The notes: generated from the sequence alone by a model not told the origin. 47,878 nucleotides of DNA from an uncultured Anaerolineaceae bacterium (GCA_964546745.1 CAZJLN010000001.1:1-47878), one strand, 5' to 3'; shown: positions 1 to 10,366, counted from the first letter of the stretch. Made by a program: numbers and translations.

Positions 1-623
1 TGAGAAACCTGACCGGCATACTTCTTAATATATTCCCAACCAGCTTCCTCACCGCGAATTTGTAAAACAGTTGCGAGGGCTGTATAAGAAGTGCCTGAGG
101 TAGAGGGGTGAGCAACCATAACCTGTCCAGTAAATTCAGGTTTCAATAGATCATCCCAAGACTTGGGGGCTTCTACGCCAGGATGTTCTGCAAGCCAATT
201 CGCATTGGTAGCAAAACCCAAACTGCCAACATATACACCCACCCAATAATTATCTGAATCCTTCATCTTTTCTGGTTCACGGATGTTTTTGAAATTTGGG
301 GAGTCATATTGCTCAAGAAGACCCTTCCCTTTGGCGGAAACAAAGCTGTCGATCGGGCCACCCCACCAGATATCGAAAGTGGGAGCGTCTTTTTCAGCTT
401 CAATACGTGCCAAGGCTTCACCTGAAGACATACGAACATAGTTCACGGTAATTCCATACTTGGCTTCAAACTCTTGCTTCATACCCTGACACCATTGTTC
501 CTGTGGGGTGCAGAGAACATTAAGTTCAGTGTCAGTGATGACCTCTTCGGTGGTCTTGCATGCACTTAATACAGCAACACCTAAGAGTAATACAACTAAC
601 AAAATACTTACTTTTCTTGACAT
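1..623 (-). CDS. ABC-transporter substrate-binding lipoprotein, N-terminal part (gene continues beyond the left edge); Fe3+/polyamine-type SBP
   Basis: Missing from the ORF track because it is open at the window edge. The reverse complement from ATG 623..621 reads MSRKVSILLVVLLLGVAVLSACKTTEE, a signal peptide with lipobox LSAC. It continues VLCTPQEQW..YGITVNYVRMSSGEALARIEAEKDAPTFDIWWGGP..YWVGVYVGSLGFATN, which looks like FbpA/AfuA-type solute-binding proteins. AAGGAG sits about 6 nt upstream of the ATG. Confidence 0.7.
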   Translation of the reverse strand, partial: MSRKVSILLVVLLLGVAVLSACKTTEEVITDTELNVLCTPQEQWCQGMKQEFEAKYGITVNYVRMSSGEALARIEAEKDAPTFDIWWGGPIDSFVSAKGKGLLEQYDSPNFKNIREPEKMKDSDNYWVGVYVGSLGFATNANWLAEHPGVEAPKSWDDLLKPEFTGQVMVAHPSTSGTSYTALATVLQIRGEEAGWEYIKKYAGQVS

Positions 624-1241
624 TTTTCTCTCCTTAAAATATTTGGTTTGTAACAACCTTACTAAAACTGATTACTGAACAGCATTCAACAAATATCATT
701 ATATCATTCTTGATACTTCCTAAATATTGTCGATGACTGTTGTGTTACAGTATCAAATATCCATAGAAAAGGGATAGACAAAAGAGGAGAGACCCAATCA
801 TAATAAAGGTTGCAAAACCAATCCTAAAAGGAGCCCTCCAAAGACAGAGTTAGAGAAAACCCAATCCAGTTTATCAACCCAATTCAGGCTCAATTTCTTT
901 ACTTCATGGAGGTGATCAGTACAAACCTTGGGTACAATTACTCAAGCTTAAATTAAATTATGGACTCTCTCTTAATGCTTATTTCTGATTCAATGGGAAA
1001 TTGAAAAAATAAGATGACTGTTTAAATTATTGACAGAAAGGGAGTAAAAATTTCAATTAGGATAAATGCGAAGATTGCACGATTGTTTATAAACACCAAA
1101 AATAATAATCTCCGAGTAAATTTTATAATTTCAGTCTAAAAATTTTATTAATGTATAATCTAATGGTTGTACTTGACGACTATTTTGTTTGTCAATAATC
1201 TCAGTTATTTAAAAATTTCAACGTTTTATTATGTAAGCGAG

Positions 1242-2870
1242 ATGTTAATAAACAATAACAAAACAAAAAATATGATACCGGATGTAATGACTTATTTGCT
1301 TTACATCATTTTTGTTGCTTTCTTTGGGTTATTTCTTGTTAAGTGCATTTCTGTTGTTAAAACGTCCACATTTTCTTTTGATGGAGCTATGAATGCATTA
1401 GCTGTTCACAGTCTATTCGATTCCAATAACAATGTGTACAGCGGCTACAATTTTTTTGATTATCGAATCCAAACAGGAACACCTGTAACAGGGTTAGTAG
1501 CCATTTCATTTTTGATTTTTGGAGAGTCATTTGAAGCAGGGTTACTTATTAATCTTATTTATGCTCTATTTTTTGTCTTTGCGTTGGTCTATTATCTCAA
1601 ATCTTGTCTGAATCTAGATTTTATCTATGTATTATTAGCGTTTCTTATGTTTAGTAGTACTCGACAACTTTTTTATCATGCATTCAGTCTTTATGGAGAA
1701 CTTCCTGCCCTAACATTCTTTTTGTTTTCGTTGATATTTTTTCACAAATATTTAACTCTACATAAACCTCAGCAGTTGATTCTATCAGGCATGTTTCTAG
1801 GACTGAGCATCCTTACAAAGACAGTGCTCTTAATTTCAATTCCTGCGTTTGCATTGACAATAATCTTGTTGTTCTCCATAAAAAAGTGGAAAATGACGGA
1901 AATCTTGAGGTTTTTGGGCAGTTTCCTTTTAGGTATTACAATACCAGTGGTTATTTTCGAGGTTGTTAAATTAATGGCATTGGGTAAAAGTGCATATATC
2001 CTTTGGTGGAAGGATATGTCAAAATCCATCGCTGCCCAAGCAGGGGTAATTTCTACTTACGAAGATACACCCGGACTGATTAATAAACTTCAAAACCATC
2101 TTACCAACCTTTCAATTAATACCGACATACCTGTCTGGTTTATCTTATTCATTCTAAGTTTTATTCTATTAAGTTTTATATTGTTGAGTCTTTCCCTCTT
2201 TTTGAATAAAAATGCTTCAAGATACAATGTTGATAGCCAAAATCCACCAGTTGAAATTTTAACCATAATTATTATTACACTTTCTTATTTTGGATGGTGG
2301 TTGTTAATTACGCCTTCACAGAAAGCCATGTTTCGAAGAATAATAAATGGAGTTTACCTGGCTGAAATTTGTATTCCAATTATTTTATTTTATTTACCGA
2401 AATTAATCACAAAAAGCACTAATAAAAAAAAGAAAGATCATTTTGTTTCATTTACTAAGATATTATCCTTATCTATTACTGTTTTATTAATTTTCGTGTC
2501 AATTACCAGATTTATAAAATATCAACATTTCATAATTAGTTTCAAAAACTCTGATTTAAAGAACTCTTACTTAACCGCGGGAGACTACATCCAGAATCTT
2601 CCTGAAGAATCAAAAGTATATGGAACCGGCTGGTGGCAAGCGCCTATTCTCTCTTTTTCTTCAAAAAGAGACTTCTACAATATTGACCCTGTAATTGATG
2701 AGCTTAGTAACTCCAATCTATTAAATAATTATTTTGTCTCTGATCACTATGAATATCTTATTGACCCCAATGCCCCTCTTCGGATTTTAAATTTGTTTGA
2801 GTATGAATTAAAATTTAGTGAAAATCAGGTTGAAATCTATAAACTAATACGAAAATTACCGGAATCTTAA
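1242..2870 (+). CDS. Polytopic integral membrane protein with a C-terminal soluble domain; putative GT-C-type (ArnT/PMT-like) glycosyltransferase
   Basis: 567-aa ORF with more than 10 hydrophobic segments followed by about 110 soluble residues. It is AT-rich relative to its neighbours. The track start at 1167 is TTG; in-frame ATGs lie at 1242 and 1272 (MIPDVMTYLLY). The function is inferred from topology and context only. Confidence 0.55.
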   Translation: MLINNNKTKNMIPDVMTYLLYIIFVAFFGLFLVKCISVVKTSTFSFDGAMNALAVHSLFDSNNNVYSGYNFFDYRIQTGTPVTGLVAISFLIFGESFEAGLLINLIYALFFVFALVYYLKSCLNLDFIYVLLAFLMFSSTRQLFYHAFSLYGELPALTFFLFSLIFFHKYLTLHKPQQLILSGMFLGLSILTKTVLLISIPAFALTIILLFSIKKWKMTEILRFLGSFLLGITIPVVIFEVVKLMALGKSAYILWWKDMSKSIAAQAGVISTYEDTPGLINKLQNHLTNLSINTDIPVWFILFILSFILLSFILLSLSLFLNKNASRYNVDSQNPPVEILTIIIITLSYFGWWLLITPSQKAMFRRIINGVYLAEICIPIILFYLPKLITKSTNKKKKDHFVSFTKILSLSITVLLIFVSITRFIKYQHFIISFKNSDLKNSYLTAGDYIQNLPEESKVYGTGWWQAPILSFSSKRDFYNIDPVIDELSNSNLLNNYFVSDHYEYLIDPNAPLRILNLFEYELKFSENQVEIYKLIRKLPES

Positions 2871-2956
2871 AATTATTGGGTGTATCCCTGTCGATTTAAG
2901 ATATAAATCTAATAAATTTTTACAAAATATCCGGACCCATGATAAGATTATTTTCT

Positions 2957-3838
2957 CTAACTTATTTCCATCGCCATTCTCAGTGCTTTTTCCCAGTATG
3001 GAAGCCTTAACCCAAATACTTCTTCAAATTTATCACAACACAGGACTGATACCATTGGCCTCTCAGCCGGGGTGGGAAATTCAAAGCTTTTTGCCGTCAG
3101 GACTTCTTTTACTTTCTGCTCTTCTTTTCTCGGATCCAGTTCAATGATTGCCTTAGCCCACTCAAAACGACTACAAGAACCTTCGCCTGCCAGATGATAC
3201 AATCCTGCGCGTTTGGCAAAGTAATGATAAGAATCTGAATTTGCTTTTGCAATCATCAAGGCTGTCGCTTCAGCTAGCATGCGTGCAGCAGTAGGACCGC
3301 TAATCTGATCATCGACAACACGTATCACCTCTTGCTGACGTGCCCAACTAAGCACTTTGCTAACAAATCCACCTTGTCTCATTGAGTATACCCAGCTTGT
3401 ACGCAGGATAATACCAGCTGCACCAGTATCTAATACCACCCGTTCTCCAGCAAGTTTACTTTCGCCATATACACTTAAAGGGCTAGGTGTATCATTCTCA
3501 AAATATGAGCTTCCTTTTTTACCATCAAATACATAATCTGTAGAATAATGAATAAAAGGAATCTGACGTTTTGCCGCTTCTTTGGCTAAAATAGCTACTG
3601 CATCCCTGTTTATCAGGTAGGCAATCTCTGGTTGGCTTTCAGCTTTATCCACAGCGGTATATGCAGCTGGATTGACAATAATATCAGGTTCGATTTGGGC
3701 GACAAGATCAGATAAAGTCTCTGGTTTTGTAAAGTCCACTTCTGGATAGTCTAAGGCTATTACTTTACCGAGGCAAGCAAGTGTGCGTTCTAATTCCCAA
3801 CCAAGTTGACCGCTTTTCGCAAATGTAAGAATCTTCAT
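2957..3838 (-). CDS. rfbD: dTDP-4-dehydrorhamnose reductase
   Basis: 293 aa. [16 protein letters not shown].., [25 protein letters not shown] are RmlD hallmarks. Its ATG overlaps the rmlA stop in an ATGA overlap at 3835-3838. Confidence 0.93.
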   Translation of the reverse strand: MKILTFAKSGQLGWELERTLACLGKVIALDYPEVDFTKPETLSDLVAQIEPDIIVNPAAYTAVDKAESQPEIAYLINRDAVAILAKEAAKRQIPFIHYSTDYVFDGKKGSSYFENDTPSPLSVYGESKLAGERVVLDTGAAGIILRTSWVYSMRQGGFVSKVLSWARQQEVIRVVDDQISGPTAARMLAEATALMIAKANSDSYHYFAKRAGLYHLAGEGSCSRFEWAKAIIELDPRKEEQKVKEVLTAKSFEFPTPAERPMVSVLCCDKFEEVFGLRLPYWEKALRMAMEIS

Positions 3839-4713
3839 TCCGCCTCTAAATCATCCAAAAACCTTAATAAATATTGACCATAACCATTACTTGCCAACTC
3901 TTGAGCGCAGGCGCGCAGTTGTTGCTTATCAATATACCCCATACGATAGGCAATTTCCTCAATACAGGAAATCATCATACCTTGCCTATCTTCAACAGCC
4001 TGAACAAACATGGATGCCTGAAGTAGAGATTCATGAGTTCCAGCGTCCAACCAGGCAACCCCACGCCCTAGAATCTTGACATTAAGATTGCCTTCGTCTA
4101 AGTAGCGTTTATTCAAATCTGTAATTTCAATTTCTCCGCGGGGGCTGGGTTTCAATGCTTCTGCATATGGAACAACACTAGAATCATAAAAATAAATTCC
4201 TGGCACAGCAAATTTGGAACGTGGTTGCTTAGGTTTTTCTTCAAGGCTAATTGCCTTACCTGTTTCATCAAATTCCACCACCCCATAACGCTCCGGATCG
4301 CGGACAGGATAGGCAAAGACCACTGCACCCTTCGTAAGGTTAGCAGATTGTCGTAATATCTCGGGCATGCCATGTCCAAAGAAAATATTATCACCCAGAA
4401 TCAAACAAGCGCCTTCGCCCTGTAAAAATTCCTTTCCTACAATAAAAGCATCTGCTAAGCCTCGAGGCTCTGTTTGAATAGCATATTCAAAATGGATTCC
4501 CCATTGAGATCCATCGCGCAATAAGCGTTGAAATTGGGCTTGATCTTCAGGGGTGGTAATGACCAATATTTCACGAATACCCGCCAACATCAACATTGAA
4601 AGGGGATAATAGATCATCGGCTTGTCATAGACAGGCAGAAGCTGCTTGCTAACCGCCATGGTCAGAGGATATAGGCGTGTTCCTTTGCCGCCAGCTAAAA
4701 TAATTCCTTTCAT
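3835..4713 (-). CDS. rfbA: Glucose-1-phosphate thymidylyltransferase
   Basis: 292 aa. [53 protein letters not shown] is canonical RmlA. Confidence 0.95.
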   Translation of the reverse strand: MKGIILAGGKGTRLYPLTMAVSKQLLPVYDKPMIYYPLSMLMLAGIREILVITTPEDQAQFQRLLRDGSQWGIHFEYAIQTEPRGLADAFIVGKEFLQGEGACLILGDNIFFGHGMPEILRQSANLTKGAVVFAYPVRDPERYGVVEFDETGKAISLEEKPKQPRSKFAVPGIYFYDSSVVPYAEALKPSPRGEIEITDLNKRYLDEGNLNVKILGRGVAWLDAGTHESLLQASMFVQAVEDRQGMMISCIEEIAYRMGYIDKQQLRACAQELASNGYGQYLLRFLDDLEAE

Positions 4714-4716
4714 CGC

Positions 4717-5796
4717 TTATCCTTTCCTTTCTTGATAATTTTTCTGGACCCAGGCATTATAGTCCGATTGTTTAATGATCGCATCCACCCAATCCGGATT
4801 ATCTAAGTACCATTGGATAGTTAGCCGCAAACCCGCATCAAGATCATAACTTGGCTCCCATCCTAACTCTGATCCAATCTTGTCAATCTTGATATCGTAA
4901 CGCCTGTCATGCCCAGGTCTATCCGTTACATAAGTAATGAGCTGTTGATGGGGCGTGAAAGCTGAGTTTGGCTGCAACTCATCCATAATAGTGCAAACTT
5001 TTTTGACTATTTCGATATTAGGTGGTTGGTTATCACCACCAATGCAGTAGGTTTCACCTACTTTGCCTTGGGTCACAACTTTCCAGATCGCCTCGCAGTG
5101 ATCATTCACATACAACCAATCACGCACTTGCATACCATCGCCATAGACCGGCAATGGTTTTCCATTTAGTGCATTTAAGATCATTAACGGGATTAATTTT
5201 TCAGGAAATTGTCGAGGTCCGTAGTTATTTGAGCAGTTGCTGATGGTAATCGGCAGTCCATAAGTGGTATAGTAAGCCCTCACAAAATGATCACTGGAGG
5301 CTTTTGAAGCTGCATAGGGAGAGCGAGGTGCATATGGGGTCGATTCCTCAAAGGGTGGATCCTCTCGAGATAGAGTGCCAAAAACCTCGTCTGTTGAAAC
5401 GTGGTGGAAGCGTACTGTTTCCAGAGGATATTTTTTTTCCACCAGCCAAGCTCTACGAGCTGCTTCTAGCAAAGTGAATGTTCCAACCACATTTGTCTCA
5501 ACAAAAACGCCGGGATTTACAATGGAGCGATCCACATGAGATTCAGCTGCAAAATGAACGATTGTATCTATGTGCTGTGTATCCATGATTTGATCAAGGA
5601 GCACACGATCCGTAATATTTCCTTGAATAAATGTGTGTCTCTCTGAATTGGGCAGGTTTTTTAAGTTCTCAAGGCTGCCAGCATAGGTTAGTGCATCCAA
5701 ATTTACGATACGAACCTCAGAGTCAGTTTCCAAGAGGTAGTGAATAAAGTTAGAACCAATAAATCCTGCTCCACCAGTCACCAATACGTTTTTCAT
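4717..5796 (-). CDS. rfbB: dTDP-glucose 4,6-dehydratase
   Basis: 359 aa. VLVTGGAGFIGSNF, HFAAESHVDRS, STDEVFG, YAASKASSDH, RPGHDRRY are canonical RmlB motifs. Confidence 0.95.
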   Translation of the reverse strand: MKNVLVTGGAGFIGSNFIHYLLETDSEVRIVNLDALTYAGSLENLKNLPNSERHTFIQGNITDRVLLDQIMDTQHIDTIVHFAAESHVDRSIVNPGVFVETNVVGTFTLLEAARRAWLVEKKYPLETVRFHHVSTDEVFGTLSREDPPFEESTPYAPRSPYAASKASSDHFVRAYYTTYGLPITISNCSNNYGPRQFPEKLIPLMILNALNGKPLPVYGDGMQVRDWLYVNDHCEAIWKVVTQGKVGETYCIGGDNQPPNIEIVKKVCTIMDELQPNSAFTPHQQLITYVTDRPGHDRRYDIKIDKIGSELGWEPSYDLDAGLRLTIQWYLDNPDWVDAIIKQSDYNAWVQKNYQERKG

Positions 5797-5824
5797 AAAA
5801 CTTCCTTTAGCCTAATTGAATTTA

Positions 5825-6376
5825 TTAATTATCAAAAACTTCCGCATCTTTTAGCAAAGGTGCATTTGCATCCTTCAGTGAAAGTTCAGGAGGCTCCCCT
5901 TCCAATAATGGCCAATTTATTCCAATTTCTGGGTCATCCCAGCGGATGGTTCTTTCCCATTGGGGTGCATAATAATCAGTAGCTTTGTAATGTACTTCTG
6001 CCCAATCAGAAAGCACAAAAAAACCATGAGCAAATCCTGGTGGGATCCATAAGAGCTGCTTTTTCTTGGCTGAAAGCACTTCACCAATCCACTTGCCAAA
6101 AGTTGGCGAATTCTTTCTTAAATCTACAGCCACATCAAATATTTCCCCAACAATTGCCCGAACTAACTTTCCCTGCGCCTGCTTGATCTGATAATGAAGC
6201 CCTCTTAAAACGTTACAATGCGATCCTGAATGGTTATCTTGTACAAAGTCAACTGTGATACCCTCTGTCGTAAACTTTAATTTGTGATAGGTCTCCAAAA
6301 AAAAGCCTCGCGAGTCTTCAAATACTTTTGGTTCTATTACTAAGACTTCTGGCAGTTCAGTCGGTAAAATCCTCAT
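5825..6376 (-). CDS. rfbC: dTDP-4-dehydrorhamnose 3,5-epimerase
   Basis: 183 aa. FEDSRGFFLETY, LRGLHYQ, QGKLVR, VAVDLRKNSPTFGKW, PPGFAHGF are canonical RmlC motifs. Confidence 0.95.
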   Translation of the reverse strand: MRILPTELPEVLVIEPKVFEDSRGFFLETYHKLKFTTEGITVDFVQDNHSGSHCNVLRGLHYQIKQAQGKLVRAIVGEIFDVAVDLRKNSPTFGKWIGEVLSAKKKQLLWIPPGFAHGFFVLSDWAEVHYKATDYYAPQWERTIRWDDPEIGINWPLLEGEPPELSLKDANAPLLKDAEVFDN

Positions 6377-6534
6377 TCAAGTCCTCTATTAGTTAATATA
6401 GTCGACATTTCATTATTATACACGCTAAAAAAATCAAAACCCGGTGATGATTTTGAGATTTTATTTTCACCCTTTTTTTGGGCTATAATCTTAATGAATC
6501 TTAAATTTTAAAAAATTTTTACGGATACTAACTT

Positions 6535-8706
6535 ATGAAACAACTCCTCCAGGATATGAAATCAGGTGAGACCCGGATTACAGAAGTACCAGTGCCATCC
6601 ATAGGTACAAAAACTGCCCTTGTGCGAACTGCTGCATCCCTGGTATCAGTCGGCACTGAGCGCATGCTGGTTGAATTTGCACAACAGAGCCTGATTGGAA
6701 AAGCCAAATCCCGCCCGGATCTCGTAAGGCAGATAGTAGAGAAAGCCAAACGCGAAGGGATTCTAACCACCTTACAAGCAACCACCAATCGCCTTGATCA
6801 GCCCATGGAACTCGGTTACTCCTCATCAGGCACCATCGTTGAGGTAGGGCAGGAATTACAAGGATTCAAGGTGGGAGATCGAGTGGCTTGCGGGGGAGGT
6901 GGTTACGCTGTCCATGCGGAGTTTGCTAACGTCCCGCAAAACCTGCTGGTCAAATTAGCAGATACAGTGGATTTTGAATCTGCGGCGTTTACCACCCTGG
7001 GGGCTGTTGCTATGCAAGGCTTTCGACTATCATCCCTTAAGGTTGGGGAGTCTGTGGCTGTGATCGGTTTGGGGCTGTTGGGACTGCTCTCTGCGCTGAT
7101 CGCTCGTGCGGCAGGCTGTAAGGTACTTGGGGTGGATCTTGACCCTGAGCGAATCAAACTGGCTGAAAGCATGGGCTTTAAGGCTGTGTTGCTCAAAGAT
7201 GCTGAAGAAGCGGCTTCCACCATGAGCTTTGGGCAGGGAGTGGACGCTGTTTTGATTTGTGCAGATACGAGCTCGAATGATCCGATCACGATTGCCGGCT
7301 CAATTTGCAGAGCCAAAGGGAATGTGGTTGCAGTCGGCGCGGTTGGGTTGAACATTCCAAGAAAGCCTTACTATGAAAAAGAGCTCAATTTTGTAGTGTC
7401 GCGTTCCTATGGACCCGGACGGTATGACCCCACTTATGAAGAGGAAGGAAAAGATTACCCGATTGCCTATGTGCGGTGGACGGAAAGGCGCAACATGCAG
7501 GCGTTTATGGATTTGCTGGCTAATGGGCAAATTGACCTACAACCCTTAATAAGCCACCGCTTTCCGATTGATCAGGCACCCCTGGCTTATGCAATGATTA
7601 CGGGCAAGATCCAGGAGCCCTTCCTAGGAGTTCTGCTTACCTATCCAAATCAAGAAATTTCCCCTGAAAAGAAGATTTACAATCCTGCTGCGCCTAACCA
7701 CCAGCAGAAGGTTCCATCATCTATCTCATTAGGTGTGCTTGGCGCGGGTAATTATGCCAACGCTGTTTTTCTGCCAGTGATTCACAAGACTGGTAACGTG
7801 ACTCCCGTTGGGATTGTTTCTGGGTCAGGGCTTAGTGCACAAAATGCGGCAAAAAAATTTGGCTTTGCCTATGCGGGTTCAGACCCACAAATTATTCTGG
7901 ACGATGAGACGATCAATATAGTTGCCATTCTGACAAGACACCATTTTCATGCATCACAAATTTTGGCAGCATTAAAGGCGGGTAAACATGTTTTTTGCGA
8001 GAAGCCTTTAGCCATAACCCAAAACCAGCTAGCTGAAATTGCGGAGGTGTTGACACAATCCGATACTCCTTTGCTCATGCTTGGTTTTAATCGGCGTTTT
8101 GCACCTCTCTCAACTCGTTTGAAATCTTTTTTTGCAGGACGCTCTGAACCAATGGTTGCACACTATCGGGTCAATGCCGGATACTTACCCCAAGAACACT
8201 GGACGCAAGACCCAACGCAAGGTGGAGGACGCATTATCGGCGAGGGATGCCATTTCATTGACTTCCTGACCTTTTTAGTGGGAGAAAATCCTGATAAAGT
8301 GAGCGCTCAGGCGCTTGAAGATCATGGAAAATATCATCAGGATAATGTCATAATGACTTTCAATTACCCAGATGGATCCATTGGCAATGTTACATATCTT
8401 GCGAATGGTGATAAGTCATTTCCAAAAGAGCGGGTGGAAGTGTTTTGTGGTGGAAAAGTTGGCGTTTTGGATAATTTCCGTGGTCTTGAACTTGCCCAGC
8501 ATGGACGGACAAAGCGCGTGCGTAGTCACTTTATTCAGGACAAAGGTCATCAGGCTGGTTGGCAAGCCTTCGTGCATGCCCTTAAAACGCAAGGACAGCC
8601 CCCGATCCCTTATGAGCAGTTAATTGGCACCACACAAGCGAGTTTTGCTGCCATGGAAGCCCTTAAGGACGGTAACGCCCACATCATTAATTTACCTGAA
8701 ATCTAA
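6535..8706 (+). CDS. Bi-domain oxidoreductase: N-terminal MDR/alcohol-dehydrogenase-like domain fused to a C-terminal Gfo/Idh/MocA NAD-binding oxidoreductase
   Basis: 723 aa. The N-terminal half carries an MDR Rossmann segment (VAVIGLGLLGLL). The C-terminal half starts with ISLGVLGAGNYA and has EKPLA and GFNRRF, typical of Gfo/Idh/MocA enzymes. It is divergent from the rml operon. Confidence 0.85.
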   Translation: MKQLLQDMKSGETRITEVPVPSIGTKTALVRTAASLVSVGTERMLVEFAQQSLIGKAKSRPDLVRQIVEKAKREGILTTLQATTNRLDQPMELGYSSSGTIVEVGQELQGFKVGDRVACGGGGYAVHAEFANVPQNLLVKLADTVDFESAAFTTLGAVAMQGFRLSSLKVGESVAVIGLGLLGLLSALIARAAGCKVLGVDLDPERIKLAESMGFKAVLLKDAEEAASTMSFGQGVDAVLICADTSSNDPITIAGSICRAKGNVVAVGAVGLNIPRKPYYEKELNFVVSRSYGPGRYDPTYEEEGKDYPIAYVRWTERRNMQAFMDLLANGQIDLQPLISHRFPIDQAPLAYAMITGKIQEPFLGVLLTYPNQEISPEKKIYNPAAPNHQQKVPSSISLGVLGAGNYANAVFLPVIHKTGNVTPVGIVSGSGLSAQNAAKKFGFAYAGSDPQIILDDETINIVAILTRHHFHASQILAALKAGKHVFCEKPLAITQNQLAEIAEVLTQSDTPLLMLGFNRRFAPLSTRLKSFFAGRSEPMVAHYRVNAGYLPQEHWTQDPTQGGGRIIGEGCHFIDFLTFLVGENPDKVSAQALEDHGKYHQDNVIMTFNYPDGSIGNVTYLANGDKSFPKERVEVFCGGKVGVLDNFRGLELAQHGRTKRVRSHFIQDKGHQAGWQAFVHALKTQGQPPIPYEQLIGTTQASFAAMEALKDGNAHIINLPEI

Positions 8707-8749
8707 TTGTAGTAAGCAAGTGAAAAAATACTTGTGAAAGAAGATTGCG

Positions 8750-9778
8750 ATGCCTGATAATCAGATTCACTTTGTTCAAATATCACCCACTGGGAAGATC
8801 AAACTGATATCATCCTTGAGCGATGCCATTGCTTCTATTAAGGATGGTGGTTATTTATGGCTAGATTATTTCCATCCCACCAAGGAAGATCTGTTTCATC
8901 TTGTTGAACCCTTTGGACTGCATCCCCTTTCAATTGAAGACTGTACAGACCAAGAACAAATTGCCAAGTTGGAAAACTTCCCGACTTACAGTTTTATGAT
9001 TTTTAACACCTATGAAAAGGTTGATGATGTATTAAGCCTGGGGGAGTTGGATGTGATGTTGGGGAAGAATTTTCTCATCACTGTATCAACCCCTTCGACG
9101 GTTGGTGAAAATATGTTGAAAGTCATCGAACGTTCATTAGGAGCGGATACCAGCAACCTTACCCAGGGTCCTTCCTATTTATTGCATCTGATATTGGACA
9201 AGGTGGTGGACCGAAAATTTGAAGCCATTGAAGCACTCGAAGAAGATCTTGATCATGATGAGGAAACGATCATGGCCGATTTATCGGGATTCGATCCTTC
9301 CACGCTAACAGATTCTCGACGGGATTTGCTAACTATACGGAGATCTCTTTTTCATGAACGAGAGATCGTTGGCAAAATTATCCGAGGAGACAGCAGCTTT
9401 TTTCCTGAGAAGTCTATTCTTTATTTCCGGGATATTTACGATCACCTTTCCAAGTATTACGAAATGTCAGAATCGGCACGCGACCTGGTTACCAGTTTGA
9501 TGGAAATGTATTTATCCCTTCTGAATAACAAAATGACAAGAGCTGCAAACCAGACAAATGCCATTATGCGGAGGTTAACCCTGATCACAACCATTTTTAT
9601 GCCGTTGACACTTATTTCAGGCATCGGCGGTATGTCAGAATTTACCATGATGACCGGAGGAGAGTCCAACTGGCGTATCGCTTACCTATTTTTGATGGTA
9701 GCCATGGTGATGATCGCCATCATCAACTATATCTTACTAAAACGTCTTGAGAAGAAAAGCGCTGATTTGGATTATTAA
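8750..9778 (+). CDS. CorA-family divalent-cation channel with a non-canonical pore motif
   Basis: 342 aa. It has a cytoplasmic N-domain plus two C-terminal TM helices. LTLITTIFMPLTLISGIGGMSEF aligns with the CorA ..TIFMPLTFIAGIYGMNF segment, but reads GMS instead of GMN. Confidence 0.8.
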   Translation: MPDNQIHFVQISPTGKIKLISSLSDAIASIKDGGYLWLDYFHPTKEDLFHLVEPFGLHPLSIEDCTDQEQIAKLENFPTYSFMIFNTYEKVDDVLSLGELDVMLGKNFLITVSTPSTVGENMLKVIERSLGADTSNLTQGPSYLLHLILDKVVDRKFEAIEALEEDLDHDEETIMADLSGFDPSTLTDSRRDLLTIRRSLFHEREIVGKIIRGDSSFFPEKSILYFRDIYDHLSKYYEMSESARDLVTSLMEMYLSLLNNKMTRAANQTNAIMRRLTLITTIFMPLTLISGIGGMSEFTMMTGGESNWRIAYLFLMVAMVMIAIINYILLKRLEKKSADLDY

Positions 9779-9849
9779 TTGAGTATAGTTAAGGAGTGAT
9801 AGTGTTTTCTAATACTTGACAAACCCTGATTAAGGAAAAGGATGGACCT

Positions 9850-10332
9850 ATGAAAGCATTAGTTGTTTACGATTCTTTTTTTGGCAATACTGAGAAGGCA
9901 GCTCAGGAAATTGGTAAGGCATTGAGCAAATACGGGGATGTCAATGTGATTAAGGTGGATCAATACGAGGCGAGTTACCTTAATGGCATCAAGCTTTTGG
10001 TTGTCGGTTCTCCAACACGCGCCTTTTCAGCTTCACCCAATATCAAGTCATTTCTAAAAAATCTGCCTGGGGATACAATTAAGGGGATGAATGTGGCAGC
10101 TTTTGATACGCGTTTTACTCCAGACGAAAAATCTCCTAAGTTCCTGGTATTCATGATCAAAATATTTGGTTATGCCGCAGAAAAAATCCTTAAGGGGATG
10201 GTCCGAAAGGGCGGCAATCCGGCTGTGCCAGAAAACTGGTTTGCGGTATCCGCCTCAGAAGGACCCTTGATGGATGGAGAGATGGAACATGCAGCCCAAT
10301 GGGCTGATGCCATCGTTGAAGCAATAAAGTAG
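9850..10332 (+). CDS. Flavodoxin-like protein
   Basis: 160 aa. MKALVVYDSFFGNTEKAAQEIGKAL is the flavodoxin FMN-phosphate loop; the length fits a short-chain flavodoxin. Confidence 0.72.
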   Translation: MKALVVYDSFFGNTEKAAQEIGKALSKYGDVNVIKVDQYEASYLNGIKLLVVGSPTRAFSASPNIKSFLKNLPGDTIKGMNVAAFDTRFTPDEKSPKFLVFMIKIFGYAAEKILKGMVRKGGNPAVPENWFAVSASEGPLMDGEMEHAAQWADAIVEAIK

Positions 10333-10366
10333 CTCAAATAATTTCAACAGAAATTTGATTGGTGTT

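Noticed and set aside
1167-1241. Upstream extensions proposed by the ORF track, using non-ATG or distal starts: 1167, 13918, 15503, 21014, 23798, 38261 and 45722.
   Set aside because: In each case an internal ATG gives better start context: an SD-like sequence, an ATGA overlap with the upstream stop, or a family-typical N-terminus. The start at 22815 was left as given because the evidence is ambiguous.
6903-7355. 150-aa ORF antisense to the bi-domain oxidoreductase. Similar antisense or alternative-frame ORFs occur at 6528-6788, 6578-6826, 7300-7530 and 8372-8623.
   Set aside because: They lie wholly inside a well-supported 723-aa gene. The translations are Ala/Ser/Pro/Arg-rich and low-complexity with no recognisable motifs, as expected from shadow ORFs in the more GC-rich part of the window.
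9850-10332. Flavodoxin-like protein as the missing E3-type electron donor for the E1 dehydrase.
   Set aside because: It is 17 kb away, in a compositionally different segment and in a different transcription unit. It is mentioned only as something to test, not as a claim.
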